Shown: positions 17,121 through 28,070, numbered from the stretch's first letter. The stretch is DNA of 55,351 nt from Deltaproteobacteria bacterium (GCA_016283195.1 JAEEML010000025.1:1-55351); one strand, 5' to 3'. The notes: generated by a model from the sequence alone, not told the origin. Translations and numbers: made by a program.

Positions 17121-19430
17121 TTAGAGCTTCATGCCTTTAAGTGCGGCAAAAGGATTGATTTTTGGCTCGCGGCCGGCAGCTGTGCTTTGCCGGGACTTGT
17201 TGCTAAAATTCTTTTTTGATTGCGCATTGTTAGAAACGCTACTATGCTGGGCGGGAGAGATATTATTTTGTGTATCGTGGCGGGCGCTCAGTGAAATGCG
17301 CTTTCTTACAACATCCACATCAAGCACCGTGACTTTGAGTTTATCTCCCAGCGATACTTCGGCTGCCGGGTCGCTGACAAAATGATCGGCCAACTGGCTC
17401 ACATGGATGAGGCCGTCTTGATGGACGCCGATATCCACAAAGGCACCAAAATTAGTGATATTGGTGACAATGCCTTCGAGCTCCATGCCGGGCACTAAAT
17501 CTTCTATAGTGCTCACATCTTCGCGGAATTTGGGCGGCGCAAAATCTTCTCGCGGGTCCAGGCCCGGTTTTAAAAGCTCGGTTACAATGTCGTTCAAAGT
17601 AGCCATGCCAACGTCTGCACTAACATAATTATTTAATTTTATTCGCTTTACTTCTTCACTTGAGCCAATGAGTGCAGTTAAATTTACTCCCAGATCGCGG
17701 GCCATTTGTTCTACCAGCGCATAGCGCTCCGGGTGCACGGCACTGGCATCAAGCGGGTTTTTTGCACCGCGAATACGCAAAAAACCCGCGGCCTGTTCAA
17801 AAGTTTTCGGGCCAATACCCGGCACTTTTAAGAGCTCTTTGCGGCTTTTGAAGCTGCCGCTCTCCTGGCGGTATTTGGTGATGCGCCCGGCGGCCACCGC
17901 GCCAATGCCGGCCACATAAGAGAGCAGGGCGGAGCTGGCGGTATTTAGTTCCACACCTACATAATTGACGCAGCTTTCCACCACATCATCGAGTTTTTTC
18001 TTTAATAGCTGCTGGGAAACATCATGTTGATATTGGCCTACGCCGATGGATTTGGGATCGATTTTTACCAGTTCGGCCAAGGGATCCTGCAACCTTCTGG
18101 CAATGGAGATGGCGCCGCGCACTGTGAGGTCTAAATTGGGAAATTCCTCTCTGGCTATGTCCGAGGCACTATAGACCGAGGCGCCTGATTCGCTGACCAT
18201 GACCACAATAATTTTGTCTTGCAGAGCTTTGTTTTTCAAAAGTGTGCGCACAAAGCTCTCTGTCTCACGGCCGGCTGTACCGTTACCGATAGCTATGGCA
18301 TAGGGCGCGTGCCTGGTGATAAATTCTCCAAGGACTTTAGTGGCTTCGGCTTCACCGCCAGTATGTGGATAAATAGTGATATTTTCAAGATAATTTCCAT
18401 TGTTATCAAGTGCTGCACATTTGCAACCGGTGCGAATTCCCGGGTCGATACCGATAACGCTTTTGCTGCCCATGGGCGCCGCCAGCAGGAGTTGGCGCAA
18501 ATTCTTGGCAAATACTTCCACGGCGCTTTTGTCGGCTTCAAGTTTATAAGTTGTGCGCAAATCGTTTTCGATGCTTGGGGCCAAAAGGCGGTTTAAACTG
18601 TCCTCTATAGCTTCATTTAGCAGGCAGTACCAAGGACTTTTGGGTTTCCCGGCCATAATGTTGATAATTGCCGGCAAAAGCGCCTTTTCATCCACTTCAA
18701 GGCTGGTGCGCAAAACACCCTCATTTTCGCCGCGCCGGACAGCTAGAAAGCGGTGAGAAGGCATCTCTGCCAGTTTTTCGCTATAATCATAATATTGTTC
18801 AAATTTTGTGGGCTCTTTGCTGGCTTTTGGCACCGCTTCGGCATGTAATACCGCATATTTGGCAAAATAATTGCGTACTAGGCTGCGTACTTCGACATTT
18901 TCGCTAATTAATTCGGCTACAATATCCTTAGCTCCGGAAAGAGCAGCGCTAGCACTTTCTATCCCCATGTCTTTATTGATATATTTTTCAACTTCTGCTT
19001 CTGGTGTGCTGGCGGTTCCCTGGGCCAAAATGAGCTCAGCCAAAGGCAAAAGGCCCTTTTCTCTGGCTATAGTGGCTCGCGTGCGTCTTTTGGGGCGATA
19101 TGGTAGATATAAATCTTCGAGCTCTGTTTTGGCTGTGCAGTTATAGAGAGCCTCTTTAAGTTCCTGGGTCATTTTCCCTTGCTCATTTATGGAATCTATG
19201 ATAGCTAGGCGCCGTTCGTGGAGCTCTTTTAGGTAGGTAAGACGCTCTTCAATGGTGCGGATTTGCACTTCATCTAAACTGCCTGTGCGCTCTTTGCGAT
19301 AGCGGGCGATAAAAGGAACTGTATTACCTTCTTGTAAAAGAGATATCGTAGCGGCGATTTTGGCGGTTGGCAGTTGCAATTCCGCACTTAATAAGTTTAC
19401 GGGATCAAAGGAAATGTTGATTTCTGACAT
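17121..19430 (-). CDS. tex: Tex/YhgF RNA-binding transcriptional accessory protein
   Basis: GNTVPFIARYRKERTG, LEDLYLPY, GIDPGIRTGCK, SIARRLQDPLAELVKIDPKSIGVGQYQHD, C-terminal S1 domain. Confidence 0.96.
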   Translation of the reverse strand: MSEINISFDPVNLLSAELQLPTAKIAATISLLQEGNTVPFIARYRKERTGSLDEVQIRTIEERLTYLKELHERRLAIIDSINEQGKMTQELKEALYNCTAKTELEDLYLPYRPKRRTRATIAREKGLLPLAELILAQGTASTPEAEVEKYINKDMGIESASAALSGAKDIVAELISENVEVRSLVRNYFAKYAVLHAEAVPKASKEPTKFEQYYDYSEKLAEMPSHRFLAVRRGENEGVLRTSLEVDEKALLPAIINIMAGKPKSPWYCLLNEAIEDSLNRLLAPSIENDLRTTYKLEADKSAVEVFAKNLRQLLLAAPMGSKSVIGIDPGIRTGCKCAALDNNGNYLENITIYPHTGGEAEATKVLGEFITRHAPYAIAIGNGTAGRETESFVRTLLKNKALQDKIIVVMVSESGASVYSASDIAREEFPNLDLTVRGAISIARRLQDPLAELVKIDPKSIGVGQYQHDVSQQLLKKKLDDVVESCVNYVGVELNTASSALLSYVAGIGAVAAGRITKYRQESGSFKSRKELLKVPGIGPKTFEQAAGFLRIRGAKNPLDASAVHPERYALVEQMARDLGVNLTALIGSSEEVKRIKLNNYVSADVGMATLNDIVTELLKPGLDPREDFAPPKFREDVSTIEDLVPGMELEGIVTNITNFGAFVDIGVHQDGLIHVSQLADHFVSDPAAEVSLGDKLKVTVLDVDVVRKRISLSARHDTQNNISPAQHSSVSNNAQSKKNFSNKSRQSTAAGREPKINPFAALKGMKL

Positions 19431-19549
19431 AATAACTCCATGTACGAAAGACTATTCTTCCGTCTTTGCCGGTTTTTAGTGAAAGTCTCCTAATACTGCA
19501 AGCAAATTAACTTTAACCATGGCTATTGTTGCTGTTTGGGGAACATCAG

Positions 19550-21682
19550 ATGATGGCACTTTGGAAAAATTTTTTTAAACGTAATGCGCTTACCTTAATT
19601 ATGGCTATTGCCGGAGCGCTTTTGGCCTATTTGGCCCTCATTACTTTGCGCTTTGAGCTACTTAATGAGCTTAATCTCACCTGGCAGCAGGCCTTGCAAG
19701 GTGAAATTAACTACGGAACCCAATATGATATGGCGATTTTGCTTAGCGGCTGGACCGTTTGTCTCGCGCTATATGTCCTTTTCGGCCTTGCGCCAAAGGT
19801 GCCGGTAATAATTATTAACTGGGTGATATATATACCAAATTTGTCTAATTTACTCTTTTTTAAATACTTTGGCATGCGTCTTGAGTGGGACCTCGTAAAA
19901 GAGCATATTGTGGATTTACCCAGTGTGGCTGATAGCGCTGTTGCTTTATCACTTAATGTTGCTACCATATTGTCAATAATCACCATGCTGGCCTCCAGCG
20001 TGCTCATTGCTTTATGCCCAAAATGGCATTCCTGGCCACCGCACCATTTTACCAAAAGGTGGCAGGATATTTTGCTCTTCTCCAGGCTGCCGATGCTTTT
20101 TATAACTGTTTTATCTCTTTTGACATCTTTGGGACTTTGGAATTTTTGGGTAGATACTCAAAGAACAGGCCTGCTTTCCTCGCAAATTATCAAAATTTGG
20201 GTGGATCAAATATGTGGTTACCAGGTTTTTGCCAATAAGAGTGCCGCGACCTTTGTGCTGGCTAAAAATACCAAGCCGCCACTTGAAAAACCAGCGGAAA
20301 TTCTTGCTGACTACCGGAAATTATTAGAAAAAAGCCCATATAAAAGCAGCGAAAATTATGCTGATGGTTTTAGTGATTATCCGCTGGAGCCGGAACTTAT
20401 TAGCGCAGGAGATCCGGCTTGGCCGCTTTTAAGCACTTTGGAAAAAGATGATAATTTTAGCCAAAAGATGCGGGAAAATCTGGGCCTTCCTGCTACGGGA
20501 AAACCCAATGTAATCATGCTGTTTGTGGAATCATTCCGGGCTTATGAGTTTTTGCATCCGGAATTTGGCCCCTTTACATTTCCCCAGACCAAGGAGCTTC
20601 TGGCAAAGCATGGAATTTTCTTTCCAAAAACTTATAGCAGTTCCTGGGCCTCCGGCCAAACAGCCCGCGGCCAGTTTTCTACCGAGTGCTCAATAATGCC
20701 CAATAACCAAGGGCAGCCGACCTATGTCGCTTATACTGCCCTTAGTATTTTGTGTTTGCCGGAGTTTTTGCGGCAAAATGGCTATGAAACTGTGTGGACG
20801 GCTACTATCAGCAGCTCTTTTCACACTATGGGCCTCTGGGCCAGCTTGCATGGCTACAATAAATTTTATGATGGCGATTATTTTGAAGGCAAAGTTCCTC
20901 CTATAGAGCCGGGGTGGGGCAAAGAGGATTATGGCTATTTGGAAGAGAGTGTAAAATTGCTGGAAAGTATCGCCAAAGAGGGCAAGCCTATCTATGCTAA
21001 TTTGCAAACATTATCTACCCATCACCCGCATAGTATTATGCCTGGTTATGAAATACCAGATTATCTTAAAGAAAAATATAAAATGAATGATGAATACGAA
21101 AAATTCTTCTCCCGCTGGCGCTACGAAGACGCGGCATTGGGGAATTTTTTTAATAAGCTCTTTGCTTCCGAGCTAGGCGACAATACCATAGTTATTATGG
21201 TTGGCGACCATGCCTCCCCGGGGCGTAGCGGTGACAAAGTGCCGATTTTGGCTTTGCAGGAGCGCCATAGCCGCATTGTTTTGGCCTTAGTTACTAAAAA
21301 TATGAAAAAACCGGCGGAAATTCCCTGGCCGGTGCACCAAATAGATATTGCGCCGACAGTTGCTCATATAATTGGCCTTAGCGGTAAAGTGAGCTGGCTT
21401 GGGCGCGGCCTTTTTGCCCGGCCCGGTTCGCCTTGGATTTATTCTTTTGGTGGTGGGCGCCAGCAATTTGTTCTAGGCGAACGGCACTGCTATAAACTTC
21501 CCGGCCGCGAAAACTGTTTTGATGTAAAAGAGGGCGATCCGCTCTTTGCGAAAAAACCAACGCCCCAGAGTTTTAATGAAAAAGATGAGAAAATGTTAGA
21601 TTATGTCGATACCTTTTACCGCGCCAACCTGGAAGCTATAGCCGGGAATAAGATATATCCCTATCAAGCTAGACAGTATTAA
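19550..21682 (+). CDS. LTA synthase / phosphoglycerol transferase-like membrane sulfatase
   Basis: Several N-terminal TM segments; PNVIMLFVES, TLSTHHP, MVGDH, HQIDIAPT motifs. Confidence 0.88.
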   Translation: MMALWKNFFKRNALTLIMAIAGALLAYLALITLRFELLNELNLTWQQALQGEINYGTQYDMAILLSGWTVCLALYVLFGLAPKVPVIIINWVIYIPNLSNLLFFKYFGMRLEWDLVKEHIVDLPSVADSAVALSLNVATILSIITMLASSVLIALCPKWHSWPPHHFTKRWQDILLFSRLPMLFITVLSLLTSLGLWNFWVDTQRTGLLSSQIIKIWVDQICGYQVFANKSAATFVLAKNTKPPLEKPAEILADYRKLLEKSPYKSSENYADGFSDYPLEPELISAGDPAWPLLSTLEKDDNFSQKMRENLGLPATGKPNVIMLFVESFRAYEFLHPEFGPFTFPQTKELLAKHGIFFPKTYSSSWASGQTARGQFSTECSIMPNNQGQPTYVAYTALSILCLPEFLRQNGYETVWTATISSSFHTMGLWASLHGYNKFYDGDYFEGKVPPIEPGWGKEDYGYLEESVKLLESIAKEGKPIYANLQTLSTHHPHSIMPGYEIPDYLKEKYKMNDEYEKFFSRWRYEDAALGNFFNKLFASELGDNTIVIMVGDHASPGRSGDKVPILALQERHSRIVLALVTKNMKKPAEIPWPVHQIDIAPTVAHIIGLSGKVSWLGRGLFARPGSPWIYSFGGGRQQFVLGERHCYKLPGRENCFDVKEGDPLFAKKPTPQSFNEKDEKMLDYVDTFYRANLEAIAGNKIYPYQARQY

Positions 21683-22505
21683 TAACAGGATTTTCGCCAA
21701 TATCTTGAATAATTTCGCCAACTTCTTGCACTTCGATATATGAGCCGGAAAGCGGATTTTTGATGCTTGTCACCGGGCTTTTAATAGTGGCGGTGACTAG
21801 AGAGCGCTCAAAAGCCAGGTCACAGGACGGTTCCATGACGCAATCAATGAGGCAGAGATTTTTGGCATAGCAGAGCGGCTGGGTGCCGCCGATACGGCAA
21901 CGAATGAGGGTGAGATTTTGCGCATACCAACCTAAATATTCTCCCATTAGAGTGCTGTCGATAACTGTGGTATTTTGGCTGTGCCAAAAGGCATCTTTGG
22001 TGTCTAACTTAGAATTATAAATAGTGGCGTTTTCTACATATTGAAAAGAATATTTGCCATGCATTTTTAAATCACTGATGGTTAAATCAGTGCTTTTTAA
22101 AAGGGCATATTCCGCCGTAAGCTCACTTTCTTCTATGGCGATATTATGGCAAAACCAGCCGAATTCCGCAGAATTTATGGTGCAGTTTTGTATTTTAATC
22201 CGGGAACATTCTCTGAGAGTTTTTATGCCGTTTAATTTGCAATTTTCAAGAGATATGTCTTTGTCATACCATAGCGGAGCGCGGCAGGTTGTGCTCATGT
22301 CGGCAGCGATTACTCGCCCGTGCTCCACATGCCAGAGGGGATAGCGGAGGTTAAAAACACAATCATTTACTGTGACGTTGCGGCACTCTTTAAGGGCCGA
22401 TTCGCCGTCCTTAGGGCCGGCAAAAGTGCATTTTTCAATGCGGGCACCATTAAGGCCATAGAGGGCGCGCTCTTCATCGAGTGTTAGATTTTTGTATTCT
22501 TTCAT
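21669..22505 (-). CDS. DUF3737 family beta-helix protein
   Basis: ERALY, DGESALKE, RYPLWH, GKYSFQY, TKDAFWH, GEYLGW, GTQPLCY, DLAFE motifs. Confidence 0.92.
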   Translation of the reverse strand: MKEYKNLTLDEERALYGLNGARIEKCTFAGPKDGESALKECRNVTVNDCVFNLRYPLWHVEHGRVIAADMSTTCRAPLWYDKDISLENCKLNGIKTLRECSRIKIQNCTINSAEFGWFCHNIAIEESELTAEYALLKSTDLTISDLKMHGKYSFQYVENATIYNSKLDTKDAFWHSQNTTVIDSTLMGEYLGWYAQNLTLIRCRIGGTQPLCYAKNLCLIDCVMEPSCDLAFERSLVTATIKSPVTSIKNPLSGSYIEVQEVGEIIQDIGENPVINTV

Positions 22506-22523
22506 GGATAACCTCGCCAGATA

Positions 22524-24437
22524 TTAAAGCATTTTTATACTTTCAAGAGAACCATCAAGTATTTCCACTACAGCTTTAATGCGGGCATCACCGGCAGCTT
22601 TTTGGTGCATCTCGCGCAGGCGATTTTTGGCTTTGGCCGAAGCCTGCTCACATAGCGGTGGCTCGGCATTTTGGCTAAGCTCGTTAACAATTTCTATTTT
22701 TATGGGGTGTTTAAAATATTTTTCGGCAAAGTCACGCGCTTTTTTCATGTGCTCAGGCGCGGCTAAATAGCTGCGATAAAAGTCATTTCCCTTAAAACAG
22801 AGTTGAATTACATCAGGTGTAAAAGCATTAAGATAAGCATGCTCCAAAACCGGTGCCAGAGCTGGGTCGTAATTGTTGAGCTGTTTTACAAAATCCGCCC
22901 AACTCGGCCCCTCTTGGCCGGGATTCAGAGCCGGGGCTTGCGGCATAGGGGCAAATTGCTCTTTTGCTGTTTCCTTTTGCGGCACCTCTACCGGCGACGC
23001 GGGCGGGGCAACGCTTTCCCGGGCTAAAATGTAACTATCGGCTGGGTGTGGTGGCTCTTCCTCCGGCGGCATGGAAGCCGGCGCCGATAGTTCAGGAGCA
23101 GCCGGTGGCGGCGGAGAAGGCGGAGAAGGTGGCAATGGCGGCTGAACAGCTACCGCTATTTCTGCCGGTTTGGTTTTAGGTAGCTCCGGTTTAGCTATAA
23201 CTTTCGGCGGCTCCTGCTCCATGCTTTTTTCCGCCGGCATGGGGGCAATCGGCGGGGCCTTTATTGTATAATCATCAGGCACGGACGGCTTAACCGGGGC
23301 ACCGGCGTAAATACTACGCAATTCGTTTAAAATAGCGCTTAAATTATTGGTATGCTCCACGGCGCTACAGCGCAAAATGGCCATATCCAGGATTAATTTT
23401 GGGATAGGGGCATTTCTCAGCTCACGTATTGTGGCAGAAATAAAAGAGAAAAAGCGCTGTAAATCAATTGGCCCGGCTGCCTGAGCCAAGCGGCGCATAG
23501 TAGCCAGTTCACTTTCGGAGCGTTCTAATTGATCCATCGGCAAACCGGCGGAAATAACTGCCAAATCGCGCAATTGCTCGGCTAAAAGCGATGTAAAATC
23601 AACCAGATCATGCCCGGCGCCATAAACATAATTTATAGCGGCTATAGCTCTTTCCGGCTTACGTTCCACAATGCCGATGAGGGCCTCTTCCACATAGTGG
23701 CGATCTACAGCGCCAATGGCTTCGATGACCCGCTCTTCGCTCAAATCATCGCCGCAAAAGGCAATAGCCTGCTCCAAAAGAGACTGGGCATCGCGCATAC
23801 TGCCTTGTGATTCGCGGATAATGACCCTGAGGGCATCGCTACCGATATTTATTTTTTCGGCTTGCATCATCTCCGTAAGGCGGGCCAGCATTTCACTACC
23901 TGGCACGCGGCGAAAATCAAAGCGCTGGCAGCGTGAGAGAATGGTGATGGGAATCTTTTGCGGCTCGGTGGTGGCAAAAATGAATTTTACATGGGGCGGC
24001 GGCTCTTCCAGCGTTTTTAAAAGCGCATTAAAAGCGCTGGTGGAGAGCATGTGCACTTCATCGATGATGTAAATCTTAAAGCGGCTTTTGGCCGGCAGAT
24101 AGCGCACGCTTTCTCTAAGTTCGCGGATATTATCAACGCTGGTATTGGAAGCGCCGTCTATTTCATAAACATCAGGTGAGCTGCCTTCGCTGATTTCTAT
24201 ACAATTTGTGCACTTGCCGCAGGGGTTGACACTGAGCCCCTCTTCGCAATTCAGGGCTTTGGCTAAAATGCGGGCTGCCGAAGTTTTGCCCACGCCGCGG
24301 CAACCGGTAAAAAGAAAAGCATGATGCACTCTGCCGGTGGCAATGGCGTTGCTGAGCGTTTGCACAACGTGCTGTTGGCCGACAAGTTCTTTAAAATTGG
24401 TTGGGCGCCATTTACGGGCCAGAACAAGGTAACTCAT
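22524..24437 (-). CDS. dnaX: DNA polymerase III subunit gamma/tau
   Basis: LARKWRP..F..LVGQ, GCRGVGKT, zinc Cys cluster, DEVHML, SRCQRF, Pro-rich linker. Confidence 0.97.
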   Translation of the reverse strand: MSYLVLARKWRPTNFKELVGQQHVVQTLSNAIATGRVHHAFLFTGCRGVGKTSAARILAKALNCEEGLSVNPCGKCTNCIEISEGSSPDVYEIDGASNTSVDNIRELRESVRYLPAKSRFKIYIIDEVHMLSTSAFNALLKTLEEPPPHVKFIFATTEPQKIPITILSRCQRFDFRRVPGSEMLARLTEMMQAEKINIGSDALRVIIRESQGSMRDAQSLLEQAIAFCGDDLSEERVIEAIGAVDRHYVEEALIGIVERKPERAIAAINYVYGAGHDLVDFTSLLAEQLRDLAVISAGLPMDQLERSESELATMRRLAQAAGPIDLQRFFSFISATIRELRNAPIPKLILDMAILRCSAVEHTNNLSAILNELRSIYAGAPVKPSVPDDYTIKAPPIAPMPAEKSMEQEPPKVIAKPELPKTKPAEIAVAVQPPLPPSPPSPPPPAAPELSAPASMPPEEEPPHPADSYILARESVAPPASPVEVPQKETAKEQFAPMPQAPALNPGQEGPSWADFVKQLNNYDPALAPVLEHAYLNAFTPDVIQLCFKGNDFYRSYLAAPEHMKKARDFAEKYFKHPIKIEIVNELSQNAEPPLCEQASAKAKNRLREMHQKAAGDARIKAVVEILDGSLESIKML

Positions 24438-24562
24438 TTTTCACCAAATTACTTAATAGAGCGGCTCCCCGAAAGCCGCTTTTCTTTCTACTACTCAAAG
24501 CGGGCCAAAAGCAAGAGTTTAGAGAGCAGGGCATAATGCGGAGCGGCGGCAATAGTACACCT

Positions 24563-25204
24563 TTACTCCACTCCCACCACCTTATGCAACTGAATACTAA
24601 GACGCCACTCGGGATGCTCTTCACAGTAGGCGACAGCTGAGGCTAAGTTGCTTTTATATTTAATATTATCGCATGGTTGCAGAAAAAAGTATTTAAAAGA
24701 AAGCGTGGCTAATTTTTCTAAATCCAGCCCCTCTTGCGGATAGACGGCTTTTAACTCGCTGCCGCTCGTTTGCTTTAGCTTGGCTCCGGCTTTGGGGCTC
24801 ACGGTCAGCCAGTCGATGGGCAGGGTAGTGGCAATGGTGCCGTTGGTTTCGCAGGCAACGGTGGCTCCGGCTGCATGGCAGGCTTGGCAGAGAGCTTCAT
24901 CGAGTTGCAAGAGCGGTTCACCGCCGGTAAAAATAATATATGGCTTTGTTCCGGCCGATTGGGGCCAAAGTTTCAGGGCTTTTTGCGCCAGTTCGCCGGC
25001 ATCAGCAAAAATGCCGCCGCTTTCTTTGGCCGGAGCTCTCAAATCAGTATCGCAAAAATGGCAAATAGTACCACTAGTTAGGCGATCTTCTTCGCGCCCG
25101 CTCCAGAGATTGCACCCCATAAAGCGGATAAATATTGCCGGCCGGCCGGCCTCGCGGCCTTCGCCTTGGAGAGAGTAAAAAATCTCTTTTACGGCATAGC
25201 TCAT
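24563..25204 (-). CDS. queE: 7-carboxy-7-deazaguanine synthase (radical SAM)
   Basis: EIFYSLQGEG, RF.GCNLWSGRE...C.FCDTD, TGGEPLLQ, ETNGT, TVSPK, WRLSIQLHK. Confidence 0.92.
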   Translation of the reverse strand: MSYAVKEIFYSLQGEGREAGRPAIFIRFMGCNLWSGREEDRLTSGTICHFCDTDLRAPAKESGGIFADAGELAQKALKLWPQSAGTKPYIIFTGGEPLLQLDEALCQACHAAGATVACETNGTIATTLPIDWLTVSPKAGAKLKQTSGSELKAVYPQEGLDLEKLATLSFKYFFLQPCDNIKYKSNLASAVAYCEEHPEWRLSIQLHKVVGVE

Positions 25205-25225
25205 ATAAACCTCATAACATGCTGA

Positions 25226-26632
25226 TTATACAATATTTTCGCAGGCATCATGCAGGGCTTCGGCCAGGGTAGGGTGGGCATGGCAGGTATATTTTACCTC
25301 ATGGGCAGTCATTTTTTTATCTACCAGAATAGTGGCTTCGGCAATGAGCTCGCTGGCATGGGGGCCAAAAATTTGTACGCCGATAATTTCTTTTGTCTCG
25401 GCTTTGGTCACCACTTTAACCAGGCCATCGGCAGCTAACGGCTGGCCATTTTGTAAACCCATCATGGATTGCGCGCGGCCATTGGCCGCAAAGTAGCTTT
25501 TGCCGCAAACTGTCTTAAGCCCCAGCTTTTTAGCTTTAGCCTCGCTTAGCCCAACAGTGGCAAGTTCCGGTTCTGTATAAATAACAGCCGGAATATTAGA
25601 AACCTGTACCTTTGCATTTTTATTGATTAATTTTGCAATGAGTACTCTGGCTTCTGTTTCGGCTTTGTGGGCCAGCATCGGGCCCTTAATGGCATCGCCG
25701 ATGGCATAAATACCGGCTTTTGTGGTGGCGTAATTTTCATCAACAACAATATATCCGCGCTCATCCAATTGCACGCCGGCCTCAATCAATCCCATATCGG
25801 TGGTATTGGGGCGGCGACCGACAGCCACCAGCACTTTGTCGGCCAAAAATTCAGTTACCTCTCCGCTAAGTTCGCATTGCACAAAAGCGGCTTCATATCC
25901 TTCGCCCATTGCTGTGGTTTCGCGGCGAACAGCGATTTTTAGCACTTTGGCGCCGGTATAAATATCAAGGCCACGTTTTTTGAGCGCTCTTTCAAATAAA
26001 ACAGCTATTTGCTTATCATCAAGGCCAGCTATTTGGGGCAGCATTTCCAAAATAGTGACCTGGCTGCCAAAAAATTGCCACACTCTGCCGAGCTCCAAAC
26101 CGATGGCTCCGCCGCCGATAATTACCAACTTATGAGGAGCTTTACCAAAGGAGAGCGCATCAGTTGAGGAGACAATATACCGGTGATCAAAAGGAGCAAA
26201 GGGCAGTTCTGCCTCTTTTGAACCAGGTGCCAAAATGATTTTATCGGCCGAAATTTGTTCTGTGTTATCGCCATTTTTGCAGAGCAGAGAGCCATCTTTT
26301 TGCAAAAAAGCCCGGCCGGTGAAAATAGTAATGCCCCTGGAGAGCATTAGCTGATTGATACCTTCTGCCAGCTTGGCAATTATAGCTTCCTTGCGAGACA
26401 TTTGCCAGGCAAGAGTAGATTCTTCATAAAATGCAGGCCTCATAAAATCTCTAGCTTCAAGCAGCACTTTTGAAGGAATGCATCCTCTATTCAGGCAGGT
26501 GCCGCCGAGATTTTTATCCTGCTCGATAAGAGCAACCTTTAGGCCGGCTTTGCCCGCCTCGGCTGCCGCCACATAGCCGGCCGGCCCGCCGCCCACAATA
26601 GCCAAATCAAAATTAGTTACCGGTTCCATCAT
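25226..26632 (-). CDS. lpdA: Dihydrolipoyl dehydrogenase
   Basis: GGGPAGY, GGTCLNRGCIPSK redox disulfide, GGGAIGLE, GPMLAHKA, HAHPTLAE. Confidence 0.93.
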   Translation of the reverse strand: MMEPVTNFDLAIVGGGPAGYVAAAEAGKAGLKVALIEQDKNLGGTCLNRGCIPSKVLLEARDFMRPAFYEESTLAWQMSRKEAIIAKLAEGINQLMLSRGITIFTGRAFLQKDGSLLCKNGDNTEQISADKIILAPGSKEAELPFAPFDHRYIVSSTDALSFGKAPHKLVIIGGGAIGLELGRVWQFFGSQVTILEMLPQIAGLDDKQIAVLFERALKKRGLDIYTGAKVLKIAVRRETTAMGEGYEAAFVQCELSGEVTEFLADKVLVAVGRRPNTTDMGLIEAGVQLDERGYIVVDENYATTKAGIYAIGDAIKGPMLAHKAETEARVLIAKLINKNAKVQVSNIPAVIYTEPELATVGLSEAKAKKLGLKTVCGKSYFAANGRAQSMMGLQNGQPLAADGLVKVVTKAETKEIIGVQIFGPHASELIAEATILVDKKMTAHEVKYTCHAHPTLAEALHDACENIV

Positions 26633-27212
26633 CGTTTTGCCCCCCCTTTCCCGGCAATTTAACCAGAGCGGTTTGCAGAATATTCCACACTTGCTGGCTG
26701 TTTAAAAAACGGGTGGTAAATTGGCCAAAACTGATGGTATCGCCAAAAAAGAGCTCATACTCTTTGCGCGGCTCCAAGGGAAATGAATTTATAGTAGTAC
26801 CGTTGGTCGAGCCTAAGTCGCTGATAGTAAAACGCTTTTTTTGCTCGTCATATATAAAACAGGCATGGCGCTTGGAAATACGGCTATCGGGAATAACAAT
26901 ATCAGAAAGATTAGTGCGCCCTAAGCTGATGCGCTCTTTAAAAGGATTTATGGCTTTTTTGGTGATGGGCACCAAAGCATAATCTATGAGTTTATGGTGC
27001 AGCCGCCAGCCTCGCTCTTCCAGGCGATTTAGCTCTTCCAGGCGGTTTAATAAATCCGGCGCCATGGCCGCCACCTGGGTGGAGACGGTAAAACGTTTTT
27101 GATCCGGGGGAGTTGCCGATTCAATGAGCAAAAACGGGTAGTTGTGCTTGGCAACAAATGTTTCGCAATCCAGCATGCGTTCTTCAACATACTTATCCAA
27201 AGATTCCATCAT
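26613..27212 (-). CDS. FHA domain protein
   Basis: ISLGRT..SD...ISKRHA...DLGSTNGT FHA signature. Confidence 0.9.
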   Translation of the reverse strand: MMESLDKYVEERMLDCETFVAKHNYPFLLIESATPPDQKRFTVSTQVAAMAPDLLNRLEELNRLEERGWRLHHKLIDYALVPITKKAINPFKERISLGRTNLSDIVIPDSRISKRHACFIYDEQKKRFTISDLGSTNGTTINSFPLEPRKEYELFFGDTISFGQFTTRFLNSQQVWNILQTALVKLPGKGGQNDDGTGN

Positions 27213-27291
27213 AATTGTGGTACTCCCCCGCTATTTTAGCCGCATAAGCACAAAATAAGCACCTGCAAACTAGTGATAAATGTTTTGGACG

Positions 27292-27963
27292 TCAAGAACT
27301 ATGCGCAAAGAGAGCGGCATATTTAAAAAAGCGGCTGGCTTTGCCGGGAGCCGTTTTAACGGGGAAGCCGAGCTCATCTAATTTGGCTGCAAAGTAAGCT
27401 GATAATTCTTCTTTATAGAGAGCCGGTATTTCAATTTCCAGCTCAAAGGCCAGATTGTCACCGGGAAAAGTCACGCAGTCGTATTCCAGACGGAGGTTTA
27501 AATTTGCTCCGGCTGTCAGAGTTACTGATTTTTCCCAGATGTTTCTGCGATTAGTAAAGCTGCCGGCGTGGTAAAAATCTGCGCTTTGGTAATCATCACC
27601 CACTATTTTTGCCCAGGCCGGCGTAGCGAGCTCCGGAATTTTTTGCCGCAAGACAGCAAGCGGCGATTTTTGCCCATGCAGAATAGCGCTTCCCGTTTCC
27701 CGATCAATTTCTGTTTCGGCTTCCAGGCGCTCAGCCAAGGCACCTATTACCTTTCCGCCGCTCTTGGCCGTTAAAATAAAGCGCCCGTTTTCTTGCCGCA
27801 AACGCACTATATAGGAGCGCGGGCGGCCGTCTTTAGGCAAAAAAAAGTGATTTACTTGCCAAAGCGTGCCTATTTCTTTATCTCCGAGCGCTTTTGCCAG
27901 GTTAGCTAAATCTTTTTCACTATCAAGCAGATATTTTAATTCCAATTCGGTATGAGGCGTCAT
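27292..27963 (-). CDS. CYTH (triphosphate tunnel metalloenzyme) domain protein
   Basis: N-terminal ELELKY (ExExK), VRLR, LTAK, FELEIE motifs. Confidence 0.88.
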   Translation of the reverse strand: MTPHTELELKYLLDSEKDLANLAKALGDKEIGTLWQVNHFFLPKDGRPRSYIVRLRQENGRFILTAKSGGKVIGALAERLEAETEIDRETGSAILHGQKSPLAVLRQKIPELATPAWAKIVGDDYQSADFYHAGSFTNRRNIWEKSVTLTAGANLNLRLEYDCVTFPGDNLAFELEIEIPALYKEELSAYFAAKLDELGFPVKTAPGKASRFFKYAALFAHSS

Positions 27964-28070
27964 TCTTTCCTCCACGCGCCGATATTCTACACAAATACTA
28001 AAGAATCTGGTGGCCCAAAAAGCAAGTTGGTGTATAGTGGGCGGGGCCTTTTGTAAAAAGAGGAGGGCTT

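Noticed and set aside
23224-23230. AAAAAAG heptamer in dnaX (minus strand) near the position of the E. coli gamma/tau -1 frameshift
   Set aside because: It is read GAA AAA AGC, out of phase with the required A_AAA_AAG, so it is not a canonical slippery site.
24438-24562. Possible SRP RNA (ffs) upstream of dnaX
   Set aside because: No SRP domain IV motif is present. There is only a short hairpin (AGCGGCT-N7-AGCCGCT) whose U-tract is on the non-coding strand.
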